Source: an uncultured Pseudomonadota bacterium
GTDB taxonomy: Bacteria; Babelota; Babeliae; Babelales; RVW-14
Assembly (NCBI GenBank): GCA_964388745.1
Contig: CAYMBP010000006.1
Coordinates: 1 to 57,414 of the forward strand
DNA length: 57,414 bases
Direction: 5' to 3'
Part shown: positions 29,420 through 39,738 of the stretch, one piece after another
Numbering within the stretch: position 1 is the stretch's first letter
Layout: every line of letters begins with the position of its first letter
Notes under the pieces: model-generated
What the model was told of the DNA's origin: nothing
The model's input: the letters and a program-made list of their open reading frames with translations, nothing else
Database searches by the model: none
Position numbers and translations under genes: made by a program

Positions 29420-31111
29420 TTATTCACCTTCTAGCAGAATCTCATTTTGAGCATTATTTCTACTATCAACAAGCGTTTTATACAGATTGCTCGGCTCATA
29501 ACCATATTGAGAGGCAAGCAATTCTTCTTCTCGCAAAATATCTTTAATTGGTAAAGCAACGACAATGCCTCCTTCAAACTCTACAACTATATGTTCGGTA
29601 TCCACCGCTTCAAGAATAGCCTTTCGAACATCATTTATCGTTCTTACCTTTTTCTCATTAATTTTTTTAACAATACAATCGCAAGTTCTTAAAAGTCTAT
29701 TTAAGCTACGATGCGCTTGTGAGTTTGGCAAACAATGCGATAAACAAACACGCGACTTAAGTCTTTTTTTAAGTTTGCCATATTTAAAAATTGATCCAAT
29801 ATGATGCCCTTGATGAAGACGGGCATCAGACATCATGTGCTGCAAAAAGCCTCTAACAAGATTCATAGAAAGCTGCGAAAAGACCATACCACCAATCATG
29901 TCATAATCAGGTAACTGCTGACTCCAATGCATCCAATCATCAATAGCTAAGACAGGAGGCTGCTCAATAGTTACTGAGCTATTATGCACTTTACCATCTC
30001 TACAATAAGAAATAATCAAATCACTGTTAATAGCCAGCCTGCTCAAATAATTATGCACGGTTACAAGATGAGCATCTTCTGAAACTTTAACATACCCATG
30101 GTGATCAATCTTTAAGTTATTAAGTGAAAGGAGCACATCTCCTTTTTTCAAGCCAGCCTTCTCAAACAATGAAAGCTTTCTCACACGAGATAACAACGCT
30201 CCATGATCATTTTCACAACCAAGATATTTAAGAGTCTCTGGGGTTACATCAACAACTGAGAATCCCCAATAAGGAGACCTAACAATAGGATTTTCAAGAA
30301 GAGCCTCAAGTAATGCTTTAATATTGTTGCTTGGAATAATAAAGTTAAGCCCTTCTGTCAGACTTTTTGTCATACCAGAAGAAGTCACTCCTATGAGTTC
30401 TCCCTTTTTATTAAATGCTGGTCCCCCTGAATTTCCAGGATTAATAGGAAGCGTTGTTTGCAACATATCACCAAACACCTCTTCCCAACCTGAGCCAACA
30501 CCAAAAGTAAACTTTATATTTTCAAAACCAAGAGGATACCCTGCAGAGCATAGCTTTTCTCCATTTACAACTGCATCAGAGTCACCCAACGTAATAAATG
30601 GCAATTTTTCAAGTCCAAGCGTTTTTTGAATAAGAGCGAGAGATTCATCTGTTAACTTAAGCAGAGCAACATCATAATCAGGACAACCACCTACATAGTC
30701 CACTCGATACCTATTTCTTCCCAACTTTGGAAACTGCACAGCTATTGCTACTGAACCCTCTACAACATGATAGTTTGTCAAAATATAACCATCTGAAGAG
30801 ATACAAGAGCCACTACCAAAACACCCTCCAGAACGGGATGGAGCCAAATAGGGCTCAGAAAAATTTGGCGTTAATCGATAACAAAACAATTGACAAACCG
30901 TATCTTCTGCAAGCTTACAGACATCCCCCCACGATCCATATTCTTTCACCTCATAAACAAGGCCTTTTTGAGCATCAGTGCATGTATCAGCTAGGCTTGC
31001 AGCATCTTTTGCTTCAAAGACAAAAGCTTCTTGATTATCAGAGCATACTTCAGCCGAAACATTGCATAAAAAACAAAAAAGTCCCATCATTAAAAAAGCT
31101 ATTTTTTGCAT
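29420..31111 (-). CDS. Secreted HtrA/Deg family serine protease with PDZ domains (Deg2-like architecture)
   Basis: Catalytic triad LTNYHVV / DYDVALL / NPGNSGG, PDZ (AGLKKGDVLL), second PDZ-like region. Confidence 0.9.
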   Translation of the reverse strand: MQKIAFLMMGLFCFLCNVSAEVCSDNQEAFVFEAKDAASLADTCTDAQKGLVYEVKEYGSWGDVCKLAEDTVCQLFCYRLTPNFSEPYLAPSRSGGCFGSGSCISSDGYILTNYHVVEGSVAIAVQFPKLGRNRYRVDYVGGCPDYDVALLKLTDESLALIQKTLGLEKLPFITLGDSDAVVNGEKLCSAGYPLGFENIKFTFGVGSGWEEVFGDMLQTTLPINPGNSGGPAFNKKGELIGVTSSGMTKSLTEGLNFIIPSNNIKALLEALLENPIVRSPYWGFSVVDVTPETLKYLGCENDHGALLSRVRKLSLFEKAGLKKGDVLLSLNNLKIDHHGYVKVSEDAHLVTVHNYLSRLAINSDLIISYCRDGKVHNSSVTIEQPPVLAIDDWMHWSQQLPDYDMIGGMVFSQLSMNLVRGFLQHMMSDARLHQGHHIGSIFKYGKLKKRLKSRVCLSHCLPNSQAHRSLNRLLRTCDCIVKKINEKKVRTINDVRKAILEAVDTEHIVVEFEGGIVVALPIKDILREEELLASQYGYEPSNLYKTLVDSRNNAQNEILLEGE

Positions 31112-31164
31112 TTCTAAACTACCTCTTTCAAAATATATAAACTACACAGACACAAATTATTTAC

Positions 31165-31497
31165 TTATTTTTCTACTACAGACTCAAGATAAATTCGTTT
31201 GGCAAAGCCGCCGCGAGCAGCGTACTTTTTTTTGCGGATTAATTCAAGCTTATCAGGTGTTACCTGTTGAAGAGCAGCACAGGCATACACTACTTCAAGA
31301 ACATCAGCAAGCTCTTCTAGTGAATGATCCTCAAGATACTCAGCAACCTCTTCTTGAAGCTTTTCATGCAAACATCGCAGATACTCTTCTTGGCTCTCAA
31401 GTATCTGCCATAACGGCTTTTTACCCTTATCTTCTATATATTCAGGAATGCGATCTCTAACTAACTTATTATAAAGAGCTATCTTGAAAGTACTCAT
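31165..31497 (-). CDS. MazG-like nucleoside triphosphate pyrophosphohydrolase
   Basis: YNKLVRDRIP, KLQEEVAEY, EELADVLEV, K...RGGF. Confidence 0.88.
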   Translation of the reverse strand: MSTFKIALYNKLVRDRIPEYIEDKGKKPLWQILESQEEYLRCLHEKLQEEVAEYLEDHSLEELADVLEVVYACAALQQVTPDKLELIRKKKYAARGGFAKRIYLESVVEK

Positions 31498-31517
31498 GAA
31501 AAACCCTTGATCGTAAT

Positions 31518-33503
31518 TTATCCAATTGAAAATTTTTTCTTAAGAGCAATAACTTTATCTCGCAAATCAATTGCCTTTTCAAAGCTTAATTCTTCTGCAG
31601 CTTTATTCATATCATTTTCCATTTCAGCGATAAGCAAACGAGCCTCATCTTCTGTTCGAGGATTTTTTCGCACTGATTTTTTCTTAGCTGCACTACTTGC
31701 ATCCATAATCGCCTGCTGCATCTTGGAAATACTTTTTTTCACCTCACGCTGTACCGTTTTTGGCGTAATACCATGCGCCTTATTAAATTCTTGCTGAAGC
31801 ATTCTTCGGCGATTAGTTTCATCAATCGCATTCTTCATTGAATTTGTTATCTCATCCGCATAGAGAATCACTTTGCTTTGTGCATTACGTGCAGCACGAC
31901 CAATAGTCTGAATAAGCGAACGAGTATTTCGCAAAAAACCTTCAATGTCAGCATCAAGAATGGCAACAAGCGCAACTTCAGGTAAATCCAAACCCTCTCG
32001 CAACAAATTAATGCCAACCAAGCAATCAAACACCCCTTGGCGCAGCTTATGCAAAATTTCTGTGCGCTGTGGCGTTTTAATATCACTATGCATGTAGCAG
32101 ACCTTAATTTTTTTATCTTCTAAAAATTGGGCAAGATCTTCAGCTGCTTTCTTCGTTAACACAGTGACAAGTGTGCGAAAACCTTGTTCTGTTGTTGCTT
32201 GAATTTCTTGCATCAAATGTGAAAGCTGCCCTTCTCGTGGCACCACAAAGACCTCAGGGTCAACAATTCCTGTAGGACGAACAATTTGCTCAACAACATG
32301 ATCCGCATGTTCAAGCTCATAATCACTTGGCGTTGCAGAAACAAAAATAACATCATTAAAATGCTTTTCTACTTCATCAAAACGCAGTGGGCGATTATCA
32401 TATGAGGCTTGCAATCGAAACCCAAAATCAATAAGCGATTGTTTCCGCGCACGATCACCTTTGTACATCCCGTGAAGTTGGGGAATAGCAATATGCGACT
32501 CATCAACAATGAGCAAAAATTCATCATCAAAGAAATCAAATAGGGTATGCGGAGCCTCACCAGGAGCTCGACCATCAAAATAACGAGAATAATTTTCAAT
32601 ACCAGCACAATAACCCGTCTCTCGAAGCATATCAATATCATGCTTCGTCCGTGTCATAAGTCGTTCCTTATAAAGAGGATTAGTCATTGCTGCTAGTTCA
32701 TGGTTCAAATCATTATACATTTGCGCAATGGCATTTTCTCGTTTTTCATCGGTCGTCACAAAATGCTTTGCTGGAAAAATAAGAATATTATCTAATTCAG
32801 ATACAACCGTATGTTCTTGTTTATGAACAAGCTCTATTGATTCAACGCTTTCACCAAATAATTCTATACGTAAATTGTCTTTCATATACGGCAAATTAAT
32901 GGTAATAGAACTTCCAAAAACTCGAAAGTTAGCCGGCAATAAATCAACATCATTCCGCTTGTATTGAATAGAAACCAGCTGATTAATCAACTGCTTGCGA
33001 GAAATTTTATCACCAATGTTAAGCGAAAAAGCAAGATTACGATAATCTGCAGGATCTCCAAGAGAATAGATTGCAGAAACAGAAGCAATAACAATAGTAT
33101 CAGGACGATTAATCATTGAAGCAGTTGTCTCAACGCGCAATCGATCAAGCTCAATATTAACCTTTGTTTCTTTCGGAATATAAATATCCTGCGCAGGAAG
33201 ATATGACTCTGGTTGATAATAATCATAGTAACTAACAAAGTAACATACCTTATTTTCAGGAAAAAAAAGGCTAAACTCTTCGTACAACTGAGCAGCAAGG
33301 GTTTTATTTGGAGAAAAAATTAAGACAGGCTTATTCTGTTGAGCAATCGTATGGGCTAACGTATACGTTTTCCCTGAACCTGTTACTCCAACTAAAACTG
33401 ACTTTCCTGAACGTCCAGCAACAAGCTCTTGAATTGCCTTCGGCTGACTTCCTGCAGGAATGAAAGGAGATGAAAGCTTAAAAATTTTGCCTTTTGACTT
33501 CAT
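31518..33503 (-). CDS. uvrB: Excinuclease ABC subunit B
   Basis: GVTGSGKT, YFVSYYDYYQPE, DESH, DNRPL, LLREGLD, GRAARN, C-terminal UVR domain. Confidence 0.97.
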   Translation of the reverse strand: MKSKGKIFKLSSPFIPAGSQPKAIQELVAGRSGKSVLVGVTGSGKTYTLAHTIAQQNKPVLIFSPNKTLAAQLYEEFSLFFPENKVCYFVSYYDYYQPESYLPAQDIYIPKETKVNIELDRLRVETTASMINRPDTIVIASVSAIYSLGDPADYRNLAFSLNIGDKISRKQLINQLVSIQYKRNDVDLLPANFRVFGSSITINLPYMKDNLRIELFGESVESIELVHKQEHTVVSELDNILIFPAKHFVTTDEKRENAIAQMYNDLNHELAAMTNPLYKERLMTRTKHDIDMLRETGYCAGIENYSRYFDGRAPGEAPHTLFDFFDDEFLLIVDESHIAIPQLHGMYKGDRARKQSLIDFGFRLQASYDNRPLRFDEVEKHFNDVIFVSATPSDYELEHADHVVEQIVRPTGIVDPEVFVVPREGQLSHLMQEIQATTEQGFRTLVTVLTKKAAEDLAQFLEDKKIKVCYMHSDIKTPQRTEILHKLRQGVFDCLVGINLLREGLDLPEVALVAILDADIEGFLRNTRSLIQTIGRAARNAQSKVILYADEITNSMKNAIDETNRRRMLQQEFNKAHGITPKTVQREVKKSISKMQQAIMDASSAAKKKSVRKNPRTEDEARLLIAEMENDMNKAAEELSFEKAIDLRDKVIALKKKFSIG

Positions 33504-33541
33504 ACATCAAGTGTATCAACAAAAGGCAAAAATCTCAAAGC

Positions 33542-34210
33542 CTACAATAAAATGCAGCGCCTTATTTCGTTAATAGCAAACTCTATGCTGTCAACATAAC
33601 TTCTAGCCTGATAAATGAGTGATAATTCTTTAAAATTTGCCACACTCTCTCCTAACGAGTCTATCGACTCTTTGATTGAAGCAAGACTCCAATCAAACTC
33701 AGAGCTCGGGGCATTTTGAACCTTCCTTACAACAAGATTAAGCTCACCAAAAATATTATGTAAAAAGCGAAGATCTCCTTTTACAAAAGGTCTTAAACAT
33801 ACTAACCCTGCAACTCTTTGTTCATTCACAAAAGCTTTAATCCTTAAACAAATCCCAGCTAAAATAGTTGCAATACTTACTTCCCCCTGCTCTTGAGAAA
33901 CTTTGTATCTCAGCACCGCACTTCTCCTTTTGTCAATAAGATTATCCCACATCACTTTCCACTCAGACCAATCAACACAAGCCCCTAGGCTCAGCAACCT
34001 TTTTCGATCCTTCTCTCGTAGCTCTAAAAAAGCATAAAGCTCTTCTTCTGCTTGTTTGTTTAATTCTTCTTCACCAGGACTTTCAACACAATTCCCTACA
34101 TCCATTTCTACATCATCAGATTCAACACTATACACAGGCAAAGCTGTTAAGCAACAAGAGAGAGAAGCTAAAGCCACAATAGTTGAAAGTAAAAACTGAC
34201 GAATCATCAT
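33542..34210 (-). CDS. Hypothetical exported helical protein
   Basis: 222-aa ORF with signal peptide and no recognised motif. Confidence 0.6.
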   Translation of the reverse strand: MMIRQFLLSTIVALASLSCCLTALPVYSVESDDVEMDVGNCVESPGEEELNKQAEEELYAFLELREKDRKRLLSLGACVDWSEWKVMWDNLIDKRRSAVLRYKVSQEQGEVSIATILAGICLRIKAFVNEQRVAGLVCLRPFVKGDLRFLHNIFGELNLVVRKVQNAPSSEFDWSLASIKESIDSLGESVANFKELSLIYQARSYVDSIEFAINEIRRCILL

Positions 34211-34314
34211 CTTGCTTCCCTTTGGAATAATTTGTAATTATTAGTATTTATTGACAAGTGCTTAGAATTATAGGTCAACATATAAAAAAGTCAAATATGA
34301 ATTTTAATTTAATT

Positions 34315-34357
34315 AAAAAAAAATACAAGAGTAAGCAAATGCTTAATCCTGTATTTT
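34315..34357 (-). terminator. Terminator downstream of tRNA-Asp
   Basis: Minus strand AAAATACAGGATTAAGCA-TT-TGCTTACTCTTGTATTTT followed by a T-run. Confidence 0.6.
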
Positions 34358-34386
34358 AAAAATTTTTGATAAAAATCTGAAGGACA

Positions 34387-34464
34387 TGGCGGGGCTGACG
34401 AGGCTCGAACTCGCGACCTTCCGCGTGACAGGCGGACGCTCTAACCAAACTGAGCTACAGCCCC
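34387..34464 (-). tRNA. tRNA-Asp (GTC), CCA encoded
   Basis: GGGGCTGTAGCTCAGTTTGGTTAGAGCGTCCGCCT-GTC-ACGCGGAAGGTCGCGAGTTCGAGCCTCGTCAGCCCCGCCA folds into a canonical cloverleaf. Confidence 0.97.
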
Positions 34465-34556
34465 ACACCACAGAATAACTTCGAAAGCTATTTCAATCTT
34501 CAGTTAGTATTGTGACAAATATATGAGATTTTGCAAGAAAAATCAGCATAAAAACT

Positions 34557-36419
34557 TTATTTTGTCACAACAGCCATTATTGCTTTAGCATCAATTCCCG
34601 AAAGAGCCAACAATTCGTCCGGCTTACCTGATCGAGAAATGCCCGTTACAGCCATTGTTTTCACGGTCATACCTCTATTTCCAACAGCATGCACAACCAT
34701 CTGACCAAGCCCACCATAAAGGTAATGATCTTCAACCGTAATAATGTTATTATTCGACTTTTGCGCAACAGATAAAATCGTTTCAAGATCAAGCGGTTTA
34801 ACAGAATACAGATCAATGACTGACACCAAGACACCTTGTTTTTCAAGCTCTTCTGCAGCCTTCAGTGCTTCATGGAGCGTAATTCCTGCAGCAATAATAC
34901 AAGCCTGAGCATTGTCATGCTGCCGCAATACTTTACACCCACCAATCGAAAATACTTCTTGATGATCATACAAAATAGGGGTATCAGCACGCGTTGATCT
35001 CATGTAAGAAACACCATCATGATAATTAGCCATAACACCAACAAGCTTGTATGCTGCAACGGCATCACTTGGATACAAAATAATAGAATTTGGAACTGCA
35101 GCCATCATTGCCAAATCTTCAAGCGCCATCTGAGAAGGGCCATCTTCACCAATTGAAACTCCGCAGTGAGAGCCACACAATCGTAAAGCATTTTGTCCAA
35201 TGCCAGCCATTCTGATATGATCATAGGCTCGCGCAAAAAAGGCTCCAAATGTTGCAGCAAAGGGAATTTTGCCGCGCGCTTCAAAGCCTGTTGCAACGCC
35301 AACCATATTTTGCTCAGCAATAAAACATTGTACAAAGCGATCTGAATGCTCTTTTTCAAATAACTCTGTAAAGGTTGAATTCTTAACATCTGCGTCAAGA
35401 ACCACGACATCATCACGCTGTCGACCAAGCGCGGCAAGGCCTAAACCAAAAGCTTTTCGCGTTGAACATTTTTTATCTTGAGCTAGAAGTTCTTGATGAT
35501 CTTGAGCAATAGCAAACTCACCACTTACTGAAAAGCGTTCAACCCTCTCTTTTTTACTAATGATTGAGGCATCTTCAACAGGGCTTGTTTGCTGTTCGGC
35601 AAGATCTGCGCACAATTTTTCAATCTGTTCTTTAAAAGGTTTTCCGTGATGCCCTACTTTATCTTCAACAAGCGAAAGCCCGTGCCCCTTGTAAGTCTTA
35701 GCAATAATCATAAAGGGTAGACCATGCATTGATTTTGCTTGATTAAAAGCTATACAAATTTCATCTATTGAATGACCATCGACAATAACAGAATGCCACC
35801 CAAAAGCTTCAAATCGCTTACGATATATTTCTACATCATGACCACAAATTGACTCTTCTGATTGAGCTAGTCTATTAGCATCAACAACGCCAATCAGATT
35901 ATCAAGCTTGTATCGAGACGCAAGCTCTGCAGCCTCCCATATTGAACCTTCAGCAATTTCACCATCTCCCATCATCACGATGGTTTTGTAGGAATAATTA
36001 TCTTGCCGAGCAGCAAGCGCCATGCCAACTCCAACAGATAAGCCTTGCCCCAAAGAGCCAGTTGCTGCTTCATTGTACTCAAAACGAGGTGTTGGATGCC
36101 CTTCTAAAACTGAATCAACCTTACGCAAGGTCAAAAGCTCTTCATCTGAAATAATACCGAGCTGTTTATAGGCAGCATACACCACTGGTACTGCATGACC
36201 CTTTGATAAAATAAAGCGATCATTATCTTGATGCTTAGGCTGAGCAGGATTGTATTTCATAACATAAAAAAAAATCACTGCTATCAACTCTGCAGCAGAC
36301 ATACATGATGTTGGATGTCCTGAACCTGCAGCACTTGTTGCCCGAATTGAGTCAATGCTTAACTGAAGTGCTCGATTTGCTAGATCTTGTTTTACTGCTT
36401 GATCACAGGGTTGCTTCAT
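34557..36419 (-). CDS. tkt: Transketolase (single-chain, animal-TKT-like subtype)
   Basis: SGHPTSCMSAAE, LSKGHA, TGSLGQG, GDGE..EG, IAEQNMV, GEDGPSQM. Confidence 0.95.
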   Translation of the reverse strand: MKQPCDQAVKQDLANRALQLSIDSIRATSAAGSGHPTSCMSAAELIAVIFFYVMKYNPAQPKHQDNDRFILSKGHAVPVVYAAYKQLGIISDEELLTLRKVDSVLEGHPTPRFEYNEAATGSLGQGLSVGVGMALAARQDNYSYKTIVMMGDGEIAEGSIWEAAELASRYKLDNLIGVVDANRLAQSEESICGHDVEIYRKRFEAFGWHSVIVDGHSIDEICIAFNQAKSMHGLPFMIIAKTYKGHGLSLVEDKVGHHGKPFKEQIEKLCADLAEQQTSPVEDASIISKKERVERFSVSGEFAIAQDHQELLAQDKKCSTRKAFGLGLAALGRQRDDVVVLDADVKNSTFTELFEKEHSDRFVQCFIAEQNMVGVATGFEARGKIPFAATFGAFFARAYDHIRMAGIGQNALRLCGSHCGVSIGEDGPSQMALEDLAMMAAVPNSIILYPSDAVAAYKLVGVMANYHDGVSYMRSTRADTPILYDHQEVFSIGGCKVLRQHDNAQACIIAAGITLHEALKAAEELEKQGVLVSVIDLYSVKPLDLETILSVAQKSNNNIITVEDHYLYGGLGQMVVHAVGNRGMTVKTMAVTGISRSGKPDELLALSGIDAKAIMAVVTK

Positions 36420-37029
36420 GAGTCACTCCTCGTGTTGCTTGTTTAGCTATGAGATAGTCAATAACAAATTGAGACCAGAGTTCCATGCTATCATAATACT
36501 TCATGCACTCATCAAGGCTAAGCATAAAACCCTCTTTAAACTCAGAACGAATACTTACCTGATCAGACTCTGCATGAAGAATAAAAGCAAACCCTGCATG
36601 CACCCGACCAATAAGCGATGCTTCATCATTTAATAATCCAAGCGGCTCAAGCGAATAGGCACCTTCATAGCGCACCTCTTCTTCAAACTCTCGAGCACCC
36701 CATTCAGCAACTGTAAACCCTTCACCCATATCTTCTTGACGTAAATGACCACCAATTCCAAGCGTATATTTATTACGCAATTCTTTTGCATTACCATCGT
36801 GTCGACGACGCATTAAAAAATATTTTCCAGCATGAGAGAAAATCATATACGGAATAATCTGTTTATACGCTGGATCTTCTTCCATCTTTGAACGCCATAA
36901 AAATTCTTTATGTTCATCAATTTTTTTTACATAGTCATCAAATGAATTCATTGGAACCATCCCATGAGTCACTTGAGCTTCAAATAATAACTCACGCTTT
37001 ACAACAAGTATTTGTTCATCTTGCTTCAT
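36403..37029 (-). CDS. NUDIX-family phosphoesterase
   Basis: EEDPAYKQIIPY, LGIGGH, REFEEEV, GRVH, MELWSQ. Confidence 0.8.
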   Translation of the reverse strand: MKQDEQILVVKRELLFEAQVTHGMVPMNSFDDYVKKIDEHKEFLWRSKMEEDPAYKQIIPYMIFSHAGKYFLMRRRHDGNAKELRNKYTLGIGGHLRQEDMGEGFTVAEWGAREFEEEVRYEGAYSLEPLGLLNDEASLIGRVHAGFAFILHAESDQVSIRSEFKEGFMLSLDECMKYYDSMELWSQFVIDYLIAKQATRGVTHEATL

Positions 37030-37116
37030 AAACCAGGCTTTCTTTTTAGAAAAATGAGGACATAATAAAATGTATCTTTTTGTAGTGTATCATAAAAGCG
37101 ACTTCTTGCTTACGAA

Positions 37117-37148
37117 CAAAAACCCCTGTCCAAAATAACAGACAGGGG
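37117..37148 (-). terminator. Rho-independent terminator after GIN-domain gene
   Basis: CCCCTGTC / GACAGGGG stem plus T-run on the minus strand. Confidence 0.75.
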
Positions 37149-37176
37149 CCAACAGACTTGATTTTTTTATATTCTT

Positions 37177-38085
37177 TTATATCCAAGAAGTAACAACGGC
37201 ACCATTTGAAAGAACAAATACTCCCCCAGCCCTACCAGTGCTAATAACGGTTGATTTTTTTTGAATTTGGCTAAAGCTCATTTTGCCAGCGCCATAATTG
37301 CAAATATCTGCAGCAGACAAAGCCACTCCCTCAAAAGCTTCATCAAGATTAACTTCTATAAGACCTAAAGAGCTTTTAAAAATACGTCCGCCCTTGCCCC
37401 TAAGACCTACCATATCAATCTTCCCCATGCCAGACATTGAAATAATTTGATTATTAGCTTCACCAGTCAAAGTCAATGATCCCATCCCTGAAAAATTAAC
37501 CTTTATATTGGAGCAATTTATATTGTAAAGAGAAGAATTTGTCATTCCTGAAATAGATATTTTTATACTATTTGTAACTGAGAGACCCTTTGCTGCCAGA
37601 TCTCCCTTCCCCAAAATGCTTACCTCAAAATTATCTAGCTTAAAATTGTCTGACAAAGTAACAGAGCCAGTGCCAGAGAGCAATATTTTTTCAAGCGAGC
37701 ATACCTTAAGATGTATTGATAAGGCCTCTGAGTCTCTCAACTGACAATCTTGTTTAAGGTTAAAAGACAGAGCCTGATCTCGTATTACCGGTTCAATTAA
37801 AGGCAACGTATTTTCATTACTCAGAATAACCATTTTCTCTTCTGCAGCATCTTTAACTTGTTCAATATGTAATTTGCCAAAAGGCAAAGTTACGCTTTTG
37901 AGAGGGCCCTGAATATGATAATCTTTTGATATTTTCCTCCCTTGAAGCGCAACCATTTGAACACCACTCCCACCCTGTTCTGCAGAATTGCCTTTAATCA
38001 TTTTACTAATATTAATCATTCCATGGCAATGCGAAAAAAAAGAAATAGCAACTACAAGCAGCGCCTTCTTAGAAACTAAAAACAT
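37177..38085 (-). CDS. GIN-domain (DUF2807, adhesin head-like beta-solenoid) exported protein
   Basis: Repeated I.xSG.G..: LLSGTGSV, ILGKGDL, ISGMT, FSGMGSL, MSGMGKI. Also NENTLPLI. Confidence 0.75.
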   Translation of the reverse strand: MFLVSKKALLVVAISFFSHCHGMINISKMIKGNSAEQGGSGVQMVALQGRKISKDYHIQGPLKSVTLPFGKLHIEQVKDAAEEKMVILSNENTLPLIEPVIRDQALSFNLKQDCQLRDSEALSIHLKVCSLEKILLSGTGSVTLSDNFKLDNFEVSILGKGDLAAKGLSVTNSIKISISGMTNSSLYNINCSNIKVNFSGMGSLTLTGEANNQIISMSGMGKIDMVGLRGKGGRIFKSSLGLIEVNLDEAFEGVALSAADICNYGAGKMSFSQIQKKSTVISTGRAGGVFVLSNGAVVTSWI

Positions 38086-38117
38086 ACAAACCTTTTTCTT
38101 AAAGAGTATCAAAGCAG

Positions 38118-38143
38118 TTGAAGGCTCCCCTAAGAGCCTTCAA
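38118..38143. terminator. Hairpin after clostripain gene
   Basis: TTGAAGGCTC / GAGCCTTCAA perfect 10-bp stem. Confidence 0.6.
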
Positions 38144-38167
38144 TATAAAACTTATCTTTTTTAAAAA

Positions 38168-39664
38168 TTATAACAAGCTGTTCAATGTAGCTACATGTTC
38201 ACCCAAAAAAGATTCTGATTTAATAATTTTTCTCCACAAAGAATTTTTCCAAAACTCTGTTTGCTCATAAGATTCATGCATTGGATCTCCATATGGATAA
38301 TAAATTGCAACCCCCTTTGCCTTATGATGAGATTGGCCAACTGCATTTGAAACAACCATATTTTCAATAATTATCTTACCTTTATCAATCACATCAACAA
38401 TTTTTTCTGTTGCCTCTTTCCAACGCTTTTCAGACTCTGTCTCTTCACGTCTTCTTCTACGGCGACGACGACGAAGGCGGCCTTGTCTCATGCGACGATT
38501 ACTTTCGCTATCATCACTCAATTCAAGTTCATCTTCAAGCGAGCGCTGCAAAGATTTTGCCTGTATAGCAAACTCGTTATAGAAAGAATAAAGATCTATA
38601 TACTGTGGCATACCAAACTCAATTGACGCTTTACGAGCTTTTGTCTTAATATTATTTGCTCTACGACTATCTAATTCACTATACTCCTCAAAAGCCATAG
38701 CAAATTCATTGATATTTTGTGTAAGCTCGTCAGTCATATCAAGCCTTATTGCTGACTGTGTATAGTCAGATACATGAGACTCTCGATAAAAACGAGCGTA
38801 TCCTGTAACAATACTATGTGCAAGTTCTGCTGGCGTCATTGTTGGATTTTGAGTTAAATCACGTAACCAATACTGATAAGCCCACCCTTCTCCTGGCTCA
38901 AATTCCTCAGACCCTACAAGATAATCTGCATATTGATTTATCTGACAGCAAATCTCATGCATTCCCATATAACAGGCATCCATACCAACAACATCAATTT
39001 TTTTGCCAATTTTTGCTTTAATTTGACTCATAACAGCTGTTAAGCCTTGATTGCTTAAGTAAGTTCCTTGGGTATAGTCATATAAAATACCACGATCATT
39101 AAACTCGGTTCCTTTTTTATCTACCCATGGCATACCTGGAAGCTGCATCCATGATTTAAAAATTTTAGGTTTAGCCATTTGACGAATATGAGTGGTGAAA
39201 CCATCTGAAAGATCTTCAATCCCTGAGCCATGATTCCAAAGAACAAGGCCATACCGTTTTGCAGGAAAGTTATCAACCATCCAAGCAACACTATCAACAA
39301 TTTCTTCTTGAGGGTTAAATCCCATTTCTGAAACTTCAAAAGAATTTTGATCAATACGTCTACCAGATTCTACTTTATAACGCATTGTTTTATTATGCGC
39401 AGGATCATCCCACTGAACAAGTTTATTAATCTTATTTGTTTTTACCATGCCATCTTGCATGCCATTAACATTAAAATCTGCAAAGGGATGCAAGTCATTA
39501 TCAGCCTGAATGAATGTTAAAATTGACCATTCCGGCAGATCTTGCTCAGCTAATTCTTCGTTTTTGCAAATTGAAGGCTCTTTTTCTTTTGCATTCACGT
39601 TTCCTATAACAAGTAATCCTAACAACACAAATTGTGTTATAGGTGTAAGAATACTTTTCTTCAT
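38168..39664 (-). CDS. Clostripain-family (C11) cysteine peptidase with poly-Arg insertion
   Basis: ADNDL, FPAKRYGLVLWNHGSG (His), GMDACYM (Cys), GSEEFEPGEGW, IDLY, GVAIYYP. AAGGAG RBS before MKKSIL. Confidence 0.9.
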   Translation of the reverse strand: MKKSILTPITQFVLLGLLVIGNVNAKEKEPSICKNEELAEQDLPEWSILTFIQADNDLHPFADFNVNGMQDGMVKTNKINKLVQWDDPAHNKTMRYKVESGRRIDQNSFEVSEMGFNPQEEIVDSVAWMVDNFPAKRYGLVLWNHGSGIEDLSDGFTTHIRQMAKPKIFKSWMQLPGMPWVDKKGTEFNDRGILYDYTQGTYLSNQGLTAVMSQIKAKIGKKIDVVGMDACYMGMHEICCQINQYADYLVGSEEFEPGEGWAYQYWLRDLTQNPTMTPAELAHSIVTGYARFYRESHVSDYTQSAIRLDMTDELTQNINEFAMAFEEYSELDSRRANNIKTKARKASIEFGMPQYIDLYSFYNEFAIQAKSLQRSLEDELELSDDSESNRRMRQGRLRRRRRRRRREETESEKRWKEATEKIVDVIDKGKIIIENMVVSNAVGQSHHKAKGVAIYYPYGDPMHESYEQTEFWKNSLWRKIIKSESFLGEHVATLNSLL

Positions 39665-39738
39665 AGATTCTCCTTTCCTAAGAGATACATGACCACTCTT
39701 CAAGAGAGCTTAGAAAAGGAAAATAAAAAAAGCAACGC

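Noticed and set aside
33542-34464. Integrated element at tRNA-Asp
   Set aside because: No integrase and no duplicated tRNA 3' end found in the window.
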